In this document: in pieces, positions 56,916 to 64,000 of the stretch | Layout: each line of letters starts with the position of its first letter | Numbering within the stretch: position 1 is the first letter of the stretch | Source of the DNA: an uncultured delta proteobacterium | GTDB lineage: Bacteria > Desulfobacterota > Binatia > UBA9968 | Reading direction: 5' to 3' | Length of the DNA stretch: 64,000 nucleotides | Assembly: GCA_963745835.1 (NCBI GenBank) | Contig: CAVUZH010000019.1 | Coordinates: forward strand, 64,001 to 128,000 | The notes under the pieces: model-generated | What the model saw: only the letters and a program-made list of their open reading frames with translations | Database searches by the model: none | Told to the model about the DNA's origin: nothing | Program-made: the position numbers and the translations under genes

Positions 56916-57773
56916 GTGAGCAAGAATCTCATGCCAGATCTCGCACAGGCTCCTTTCCCATCGGCGCGCAGCCAAGCCGATACCGTCATCCACGTTGAAA
57001 ACGTCTCAAAGTTCTTTCAGACACCCAGCCAAGAAAACCTCGGCGCGCTTCTAAACATCGACTTGGACATCCGCCACGGCGAGTTTGTAACCGTCGTCGG
57101 CCCCAGCGGCTGCGGCAAGTCCACTTTGCTCAAGCTGATCGCCGGATTTTCACCGGTCTCCGGGGGCCGTATTCTCTTCCAAGGCGAGGAAGTACGCGGT
57201 CTGAACACCAGAGTCGGCTACGTCCCCCAGGAGAGCAAGCTTTTCCCCTGGCTCACAGTCGAGGAGAACGTCGGTTTCGGATTGAGTCCCAAAAAGTACT
57301 CGCGGGCTGATAGAGAGCGGCAGGTGAGCTATTTTATCAAGCTCGCGGGCCTTTCCGGTTTTGAAAAATACTACCCCGCGCAGCTATCGGGCGGCATGGG
57401 CAAACGGGCTTCGATTATACGCGCGCTTGCTTATGAACCGGCGGTGATCTTGATGGACGAGCCGTTCGGTCCATTGGACGCGCAGACTCGTATGGTGCTG
57501 CAGGATGAGTTGTTGAAAATTTGGGAACAGAAACGCCAGACCATTGTCTTTGTCACACATGACCTGGTTGAAGCCGTGGCTCTAGCCGACCGCGTCGTCG
57601 TGATGACGCATCGTCCCGGCAAGATCAAGGATGTTATCAAAATCAACATGGCCAGGCCGCGCAATATTTTTGAGATTCATCGACAGGACGGTTTTGACGA
57701 TGCCTATGGGCGTCTGTGGAACATCTTTCGTCACGAGCTCAATATCGGCCGCCCCAGCGAGCAAGATTCATGA
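56916..57773 (+). CDS. NitT/TauT ABC transporter ATP-binding protein
   Basis: GPSGCGKS, LSGGMGKR, LMDEPF, VTHD. Confidence 0.95.
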   Translation: MSKNLMPDLAQAPFPSARSQADTVIHVENVSKFFQTPSQENLGALLNIDLDIRHGEFVTVVGPSGCGKSTLLKLIAGFSPVSGGRILFQGEEVRGLNTRVGYVPQESKLFPWLTVEENVGFGLSPKKYSRADRERQVSYFIKLAGLSGFEKYYPAQLSGGMGKRASIIRALAYEPAVILMDEPFGPLDAQTRMVLQDELLKIWEQKRQTIVFVTHDLVEAVALADRVVVMTHRPGKIKDVIKINMARPRNIFEIHRQDGFDDAYGRLWNIFRHELNIGRPSEQDS

Positions 57774-58621
57774 CGGATCAAGTCGGCCAACAACGCTCCG
57801 AGACAACCCAGCCAAAACCAACCGCAACGTCAAAGTCGATATTTTCGCGCACTGTTACCGTAACGCTAATCCGCAGCGGCATTGTAGTCGGCTTTTTCCT
57901 CGCGTGGGAATTCGCGTCCGGCAGATGGATCGAACCCTTTCTAATCAGCAGCCCCAGCCGTATTTTTACGTCTCTGTTCACCGGTTTCTACTCAGGTGAT
58001 TTAGTCCAGCACACTTGGGTGACTTTTTTAGAAGTCGCGATCGGCTTTCCGATCGGCGCTATCACCGGTATCGCCCTCGGCTACGGTTTCGGCCGCAGCC
58101 GGTTGCTCGCCGAGGTTTTTGAGCCAATCATTATCGCGCTCAACGGCATCCCACGCACCGCGCTGGCTCCGCTCTTCATCGTCTGGCTGGGCATCGGCCT
58201 GTGGTCTAAAGTCGGCGTGGTTTTTCTGCTTACGTTCTTTCTCAATTTTTTTAATACCTATACCGGAATGCGCCAAATGGATCATGAGTATGTTGACCTG
58301 GCGGGTCTCATGGGCGTCAAGGGCTGGAAGCTCACCTTCAAAGTCATTTTTCCGGCGATTTCTCCCTATGTCTTCACCGGCATTCGCACGAGCATTCCGT
58401 TCGCGGTAATCGGCGCCATTGTCGGTGAATTCGTCGCCGCTACCGAAGGCGTTGGTTTCTTCATCCGCATGTCGGCCGGCATTTTCAGAACCGCCGACGT
58501 GTTCGTCGGTATTATCGTCCTGATGATCATGGTCATTATCATGGACAAAATTGCCGAGGCGGTGGAGCGCAAAGCATTACGTTGGCAAACGCAAACAGAG
58601 CATGTTCAAATCCAGGGTTGA
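57770..58621 (+). CDS. NitT/TauT ABC transporter permease
   Basis: PRTALAPLFIVWLGIG, GAIVGEF; ATG 57770 overlaps the upstream stop. Confidence 0.93.
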   Translation: MTDQVGQQRSETTQPKPTATSKSIFSRTVTVTLIRSGIVVGFFLAWEFASGRWIEPFLISSPSRIFTSLFTGFYSGDLVQHTWVTFLEVAIGFPIGAITGIALGYGFGRSRLLAEVFEPIIIALNGIPRTALAPLFIVWLGIGLWSKVGVVFLLTFFLNFFNTYTGMRQMDHEYVDLAGLMGVKGWKLTFKVIFPAISPYVFTGIRTSIPFAVIGAIVGEFVAATEGVGFFIRMSAGIFRTADVFVGIIVLMIMVIIMDKIAEAVERKALRWQTQTEHVQIQG

Positions 58622-58637
58622 AACGAAGGGAGACCTG

Positions 58638-59681
58638 ATGATGAAATTTCCGAGGAGGCTGATCGCGGCAACGATCGTCGCATTATGCGCCGGCGCGATT
58701 CCGCACGCGCATGCTCAACAGAAAGAAATGCCGGAAGTGTCCATGTTGACCGCCGTGCCCAATTTCGCTTTCGCAGCGATCTGGGTTGCCGAGCAGCTGA
58801 AATATTTCGAGCAGGAAGGCGTGCGGGTCAAGATCACACCCGCCCCGAGTGGTTCAGTTTGTTTGAACGCGGTGGTCGGACGCTCGACGAATTTTTGCGC
58901 GTCCACTTCAGAGGGACTCGTCCTGGCACGAGTCGAGGGCGCGACGGCGATCGCGATCCAAGCGCACAACCGCACCATGACTTTGGGCGTAACCCTGCGT
59001 AAGGCGATCGTCGACAAGCTCGGCCTGACCCGCGAAAGCCCCATCGGCGCAAGGCTCAAGGCTCTCACGCAGTTGGGCACCATCGGCGCGACGGGCCCTG
59101 GCGCGGCCTCCGAACAGGTCATAAAATTTCTTGTGAAAAGAGCCGGCGCCACCGCGACCGTGCTTAAGTTCGTTTACATCGGAGCCGCCGAGCTCCCCGC
59201 TTCGCTGATGAACGACGTGATCGACGCCTACGCGCTTTCCCCTCCTTCGGCCGAAATTACCGAGGCAAGCGGCAAGGGCTACGTCCTGATACCGCTGGGC
59301 AAGGGCGAAATACCGGAATTGACCGATTACCCTTACGAAGTTCTCATGGTACGCCCGGATTACGCCGAGGCGAATCCAAAAATTGCCATGGCGGTGTCGC
59401 GGGCGATATCGCGCGGCGGCGCGCTCTTCCGCAGCAAACCCGAGGAAGCGAAAGCCGCTCTGCGCAGTCACCGGCTCTCCGTTAAATTATCTGACGACGT
59501 CTTCAATCTCTCATACAACATGGTCGCCGGCGCCATGCCGCCCTGGGGCACCATGAGCGCAGAGGGATGGCAAAAGGTGATCAACTTCGCCACCGGCGCC
59601 GGTATCGTCAAGGATCTATCGCAAGCGCCTTCGAGTAAGGAAGGCGTGCTCTGGACCAACAAATACGTCGGCAAGCCGTAG
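58638..59681 (+). CDS. NitT/TauT substrate-binding protein
   Basis: Signal peptide ending AHA; WVAEQLKYFEQEGV; C-terminal WTNKY. Confidence 0.9.
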   Translation: MMKFPRRLIAATIVALCAGAIPHAHAQQKEMPEVSMLTAVPNFAFAAIWVAEQLKYFEQEGVRVKITPAPSGSVCLNAVVGRSTNFCASTSEGLVLARVEGATAIAIQAHNRTMTLGVTLRKAIVDKLGLTRESPIGARLKALTQLGTIGATGPGAASEQVIKFLVKRAGATATVLKFVYIGAAELPASLMNDVIDAYALSPPSAEITEASGKGYVLIPLGKGEIPELTDYPYEVLMVRPDYAEANPKIAMAVSRAISRGGALFRSKPEEAKAALRSHRLSVKLSDDVFNLSYNMVAGAMPPWGTMSAEGWQKVINFATGAGIVKDLSQAPSSKEGVLWTNKYVGKP

Positions 59682-59715
59682 CACGTTCGCACTTTATCGA
59701 GCGACACGAGGAGAA

Positions 59716-60789
59716 ATGAGAAGGATGCAGATGAGAGACACTCACAAACACGTTCTTCAATCGATCACTGCACTTGCAACCTTCGCCGCTCTCGCCTTCT
59801 CTTCGGTCCGGAGCGAAGCGCAACAAAAAGATCTTGGCGAAGTGAACATTCTCACCGCCGTATCGAACATGGCTTTCTCGGCGGTGTGGGTGGCCGAGCA
59901 ACTGAAGTATTTCGAGCAAGAAGGCGTTCGCGTCAAGATCACGCCCGCCGGCGGTGGCGCGCCGTGTCAAAACGCGGTGGTCGGCCGCTCGGCGCATCTC
60001 TGCGCTTCGAGCTCCGAAGGATTGGTGCTGGCGCAAATCGAAGGCGCACCGCTAATTGCGATTCAGGCGCACAACCGCAATCTGACTCTCAGCATCGCCA
60101 TTCGCAAAGCGATCACGGATAAGTTTAAAGTGACGCGCAGCAGTCCGCTGAACGATCGCATCAAAGTATTGACCGAGCTAGGCACCATTGGCGCGACCAG
60201 TCCGGGCGCCGTCTCGGAGCAGATATTTAAATTTCTCGTGCCTAAAGTGAAAGGCGATCCGAGCAAATTAAAGTTTGTCTATCTTGGCGGCACGGAGCTG
60301 CCGCCGGCGCTGATGAATAATGTCATCGATGCGCTCGCACAGTCGCCGCCTTCGGCCGAGATCACCGAGGCCGGCGGCAAAGGCTACGTCCTGCTTCCGC
60401 TCGGGCTCGGCGAAGTGGCCGAGCTGACCAATTATCCTTACGAAGTCTTGATGGCGCGTCCGGATTGGGCCGAGCAAAATCCCGCTCTTGCAACCGCAGC
60501 GTCGCGCGCGATCTCGCGCGCGGGCGCCCTGTATCACAGCAATCCCACCGCGTTCAAAACCGCGCTGCGCGCACACCGTTACTCGGATAAATCCAAACTG
60601 GAAGACAGCGTCTTCGACCTGGCTTACTCGATGATCGCCCCGGCGATGCCCGCCTGGGGTGACATGAATCAGGAGGGTTGGCAAAAGGTACTGGATTTTT
60701 CCATCGGCGCGGGAATCGTCAAAGACCGCGCCAGGGCTCCGTCGGCAAAAGAAGGTGTGTTGTGGACGAACAAGTATGCGGGGAAGTAG
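59716..60789 (+). CDS. NitT/TauT substrate-binding protein (tandem paralog)
   Basis: Shares WVAEQLKYFEQEGVRVKITPA, AIQAHNR, PPSAEITEA and KEGVLWTNKY with the upstream gene. Confidence 0.9.
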   Translation: MRRMQMRDTHKHVLQSITALATFAALAFSSVRSEAQQKDLGEVNILTAVSNMAFSAVWVAEQLKYFEQEGVRVKITPAGGGAPCQNAVVGRSAHLCASSSEGLVLAQIEGAPLIAIQAHNRNLTLSIAIRKAITDKFKVTRSSPLNDRIKVLTELGTIGATSPGAVSEQIFKFLVPKVKGDPSKLKFVYLGGTELPPALMNNVIDALAQSPPSAEITEAGGKGYVLLPLGLGEVAELTNYPYEVLMARPDWAEQNPALATAASRAISRAGALYHSNPTAFKTALRAHRYSDKSKLEDSVFDLAYSMIAPAMPAWGDMNQEGWQKVLDFSIGAGIVKDRARAPSAKEGVLWTNKYAGK

Positions 60790-60834
60790 GTTTAAGTCTC
60801 GTTCTTGATTCTGAATTTGTGAGGGGCTCGCAAC

Positions 60835-60904
60835 ACACCCGAGCTTAGAGGAGCGCAGCGGATTTCTAATCCTTGGACCGTGCGTTCGAATCGCGCGGGG
60901 GCAC
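60835..60904 (+). pseudogene. Degenerate tRNA-Arg(TCT)
   Basis: Anticodon arm GGA-TTTCTAA-TCC, T arm GTGCG-TTCGAAT-CGCGC, 3' GGGGGCAC; the 5' acceptor strand and D arm are degenerate. Confidence 0.65.
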
Positions 60905-60963
60905 TTAATTTCCGGTCACTTAGCTTACCTCTCTCACTTTTCACGTTAGGCGATGTCTCCAAA

Positions 60964-61503
60964 ATGTCTCCGCTGATGAGAAGAGAGTTCCCTGTAATAT
61001 GGGCAAGGATCAGCACTTGGTTTGCTACACCTCTAGTCATCGTAGTCGCAACAGTTTACTTGCATGATTTCATTAGTAAGCCCGCGTCAGAGATATACGG
61101 ATTCGCATTGGCCGCGGTTGGAATTACGGCTGCATTATCCTCAATCTGTCTTTCCACAACCGGTCCAATCGGAAGAGCCACGACTCTGCCACTCCTAAGA
61201 TGGGCTGGCGAGCACTTCCTGCACTCCTGTCTCCTTCTGATCCAGGTACTCATCATAGCGTTCGCCCGGGACACTATACTCGCGTGGGAGTCGGTGACGA
61301 ATTATGGCTGGCTGAAGGTCGCAGTCATAGCGCTCGCCAATACAGCGGGCCTTTTCCTGGGGGGTAACGCAGCATGGGTTTGGTACTGGGCATTCGACGA
61401 GCTGAACAAAGAGTTATGGGTGAACTGGCGCGAGCGGATCGAGCAAATCAACAGTCAGCGGACAACTGAGAAGGCAAAAGCAGTTACAGATCGGAAGGAT
61501 TAG
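60964..61503 (+). CDS. Hypothetical membrane protein with about 4 TM helices
   Basis: Open frame with four hydrophobic segments and a charged tail; start uncertain. Confidence 0.55.
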   Translation: MSPLMRREFPVIWARISTWFATPLVIVVATVYLHDFISKPASEIYGFALAAVGITAALSSICLSTTGPIGRATTLPLLRWAGEHFLHSCLLLIQVLIIAFARDTILAWESVTNYGWLKVAVIALANTAGLFLGGNAAWVWYWAFDELNKELWVNWRERIEQINSQRTTEKAKAVTDRKD

Positions 61504-61598
61504 AGCCTCCATTCCTGTTCAGTATACCGCATTGACACTCCTGTGGCCGTGGGTTCGATTACCCGAATGACGACGCAATTCGGGCTAATGGGCCGCCG

Positions 61599-61790
61599 TT
61601 AGCGATAACCCATCGCCGCCAAGAACTGTTTCAACGAGGAAAATTTCAGGGTAGGGGTTGGTTTTCTTCTGCTCGCCCATACTGGCGTACTTGAGTGGTG
61701 CGTAATTGTGTCCCGGAAAAAGAATCATGTCGTCGGGCAGCGCCATCAACTTCTGCGTCAGGCTGTAATACATCTGCTCGGATTGCCGCC
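61599..61790 (-). pseudogene. 3' fragment of an MBL-fold (glyoxalase II-like) hydrolase
   Basis: GGNPEQMYYSLTQKLMALPDDMILFPGHNY...EQKKTNPY, then a +1 frameshift to LKFSSLKQFLAAMGYR*; the N-terminal part with the HxHxDH motif is absent. Confidence 0.75.
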
Positions 61791-62515
61791 AGTGGGATCA
61801 TTGCGCTAGACAACAATCTACGCTTTCATTTAATCAGCCCAGCATTAGCGCGCACCGGCCTAAGCGATTTATTCTATACGTTCGATGTGTTCATTTATCG
61901 AGGACGCCGCCTCATTCTCGTAGCGCTGGAAACTAGACGTGAACTGCTTAGCGATATAGCTGCAGAGTTAAAGAGTCACACTCCTCTGGTCGGCTCGTCC
62001 GATACACTTGATCCGACGCCAGCCGAAATGATTTCCTTAGTTAAAGCGTTCGAGATGATGGCGTCATCGCAAAGCGGCGCGACTCCTGTTACGAGATCGG
62101 AGGCGTACCGGCGGGTGCTCAAGTACAAGGTCAACAAGCGCACATGCGTTCGGTGATTGGGCGCCACAGGCCTGACAACCTGCTAGATGCGTTGATCGTC
62201 GGCTATCATGAAGGCGGAAGTTCCCTGGCTGCGAGCAAGGCGCGCAATGGGTTTGTACTATATACCGTATACCGTTCGTGATGTAGAGCAAGCTGAAGGC
62301 TCAGAGACCACTGTTTGCCCTTGTTGCTAACCTGCCCGAGAGACAGCGCACGCCCATGTGGGAGAAAATGAAAAATTGCGTATGGCTCAACCCGCGGCTA
62401 GGTCGCACAGATCGTGTTCGCGGAGTTTACGCCTGATGGGCATCTACAGCACTCAAAGTTCTGCGGATTTGAGGGACGATAAAAACTCTCGAAGCCTGGT
62501 GCAGGAAAATTATCA
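61790..62515 (+). pseudogene. Decayed ATP-dependent DNA ligase (LigD/LigC-type ligase and OB domain)
   Basis: Fragments in shifting frames: FYTFDVFIYRGRRL...LETRRELL, IAKRRDS, LKYKVNK, ALIVGY, ANLPE, MKNCVWLNPRL, EFTPDGHLQHSKF, LRDDK. Confidence 0.8.
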
Positions 62516-62568
62516 TAACTAAGGAATGAACATCACGAACGGTAATCATGCCCTGCACTGACTGACCT

Positions 62569-62802
62569 CTAAACCTCCTCCAGGTAAGCGCGATTTCGTT
62601 TGATAGCGCCGTAGAGGTCACCGAATCGAGCGAACTTGAATCTCTTGCCGTCTTTCCTACGGAACAAGAGATATACGCTGCTACCACCGCAAAGCTTCCC
62701 GTCGTCATCATACATATCGAACTCCTCTTCAAGTTCCTTAGACTCCACCTCAAGCACTCTATGAGCAGGAATCTCTAACCAGTTCACTGGCGGCAGTTCC
62801 AA
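62569..62802 (-). CDS. Small hypothetical protein
   Basis: 77-aa ORF with protein-like composition; no family recognised. Confidence 0.35.
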   Translation of the reverse strand: MELPPVNWLEIPAHRVLEVESKELEEEFDMYDDDGKLCGGSSVYLLFRRKDGKRFKFARFGDLYGAIKRNRAYLEEV

Positions 62803-62896
62803 TAGCCGTTTGGTTCAAACGCTGGCTGCGTTGGCTGTTTAGATGACGAGTTAGTTAACAATTATGCAGTGGCTGATTTTGAGCGAGGCACCAGAC

Positions 62897-63115
62897 TTAC
62901 AAGAGCACCCACGGCAGAAGCAGAGTGGTAAATAGTAAAAAGAGTAACAGAACCACCATGCAAAGATCTTCGAGTGATGCGTCAGCTAACTTATTAACCC
63001 GCAGAGCTGACCTCAGTAAGCGCTGATATAAGGAGCTAACGTTCGCTACCTCGATGTGATCCACGATATACCGGTGCCTTCGTGGGGCAAAAGGCTCCTT
63101 GATGATTCTGGACAT
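62897..63115 (-). CDS. Small hypothetical protein with a C-terminal TM helix
   Basis: RBS AGGAG upstream of ATG 63115; hydrophobic C-terminus. Confidence 0.4.
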   Translation of the reverse strand: MSRIIKEPFAPRRHRYIVDHIEVANVSSLYQRLLRSALRVNKLADASLEDLCMVVLLLFLLFTTLLLPWVLL

Positions 63116-63526
63116 GCGTTTTACTCCTATGAACACCTGGAAGATTCTCGAAGACTGAGCACATCTATCCTCAGATAGATCCATCAAAGCATGGAGCATG
63201 CCCGGTGCGGTTGTTTATGTTTGTCCAACTGCCTTCCGTCTCTTGACTAAAACCGGTGACAAGTAAACCCGATGCCTGAGATGGCTTCGGGGTAAACAGG
63301 CAAAGTTGCCGTCGAGCATGCCGGGACAGAACTCCCGCACATGCTCCGAATGTCTGCAGAGTTATCGGCTGTCCGATCAACAGTGAGGGCCCAACGCTTG
63401 CTCTCTCGCCTATCAGCCGGGAAACGAAGAAGCGCAACTTGTTACGATACCCACAGATTTTCTTCGTTCCCCACGTCATTCTCTCTATTTCAGTAGGTTG
63501 ATGATGATTCAGATAAAGGTGGGCGA

Positions 63527-63904
63527 ATGAAAATCTTAATCGTAGAAGACAACCCGGATATGCGCGACCTAATAGCTCTCAGAGTACAGCTAACCGGCTA
63601 TACTCCGCTTCTCGCAAGTCACGGTAAGGAGGGCATAGAGAAGGCTACCGCAGAGAAGCCTGACTTGATCCTAATGGACATGATGATGCCAGTGATGGAC
63701 GGGTGGGAAGCGGCAAGAACGCTTCGCGCCTCTCGCGAGACGAAGGAGATCCCGATACTGGCAGTGACGGCGCTGTTTCGTTCTGAGGATCTCAAGTCGT
63801 GTTTGGACTCGGGCTGCACCGCCTACATCGTCAAACCGTTCACAGGTTTGGATTTACAGCGCAAAATCCGAGAATTGTTAGATCCAAAGGAAATCCCAGC
63901 CTAA
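63527..63904 (+). CDS. Single-domain response regulator (DivK/CheY-like)
   Basis: ILIVEDN, PDLILMDMMMPVMDG, IPILAVTA, YIVKPF. Confidence 0.95.
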   Translation: MKILIVEDNPDMRDLIALRVQLTGYTPLLASHGKEGIEKATAEKPDLILMDMMMPVMDGWEAARTLRASRETKEIPILAVTALFRSEDLKSCLDSGCTAYIVKPFTGLDLQRKIRELLDPKEIPA

Positions 63905-64000
63905 AAACGAGCGCGGCAGTTTGCCCAATATCGCGCGGCTATCGCAAAGTAGTTGGCCCTGTTTTTAGCGACACTGATCTTGATTGCCCGCCGAACTGCC

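Noticed and set aside
61528-61566. Second tRNA-like fragment (TTGACAC...GTGGGTTCGATTACCC)
   Set aside because: Only a T-loop-like motif; the stems do not pair convincingly.
242-63819. Numerous 60-270 aa ORFs overlapping annotated genes
   Set aside because: Antisense or alternate-frame shadows expected in GC-rich coding DNA, with no motifs recognised.

Overview
A 64-kb bacterial chromosomal window. The gene repertoire (many NitT/TauT substrate-binding proteins, several UbiD, amidohydrolase and LLM genes, TPR lipoproteins, sigma-54 regulators) suggests a Deltaproteobacteria-like or Candidatus Binatia organism; this assignment is inference only. Positions 1-37 kb are mostly housekeeping and envelope genes: a peptide ABC substrate-binding protein (SBP), a LolB-like/TPR pair, ligA, an RRM protein, acylphosphatase, a sigma-54 two-component system, rsmI, amgK-murU, sodC, a ZIP transporter, three GT-C-type membrane proteins, ubiD/ubiA-like menaquinone genes, a frameshifted porin, an extended BamD and an RND pump. 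Positions 37-61 kb form a catabolic and uptake region: a xanthine-dehydrogenase-family trimer, two more UbiDs, an LLM enzyme, DUF1989, an amidohydrolase, a LigB-like dioxygenase, a ThDP enzyme, and ABC transporters with five SBPs, interspersed with several palindromic repeat types. From about 60.8 kb a degenerate tRNA-Arg opens a decayed accessory segment. Three signals are missing from the ORF track. (1) A 40-codon secreted micro-protein gene with its own sigma-54 promoter is divergent from a sigma-54 two-component system, a candidate peptide-signalling circuit. (2) A 75-aa glutaredoxin-like gene has two in-frame TGA codons, likely a double selenoprotein, and lies upstream of amgK-murU. (3) A ~180-nt highly base-paired intergenic element is a candidate ncRNA.
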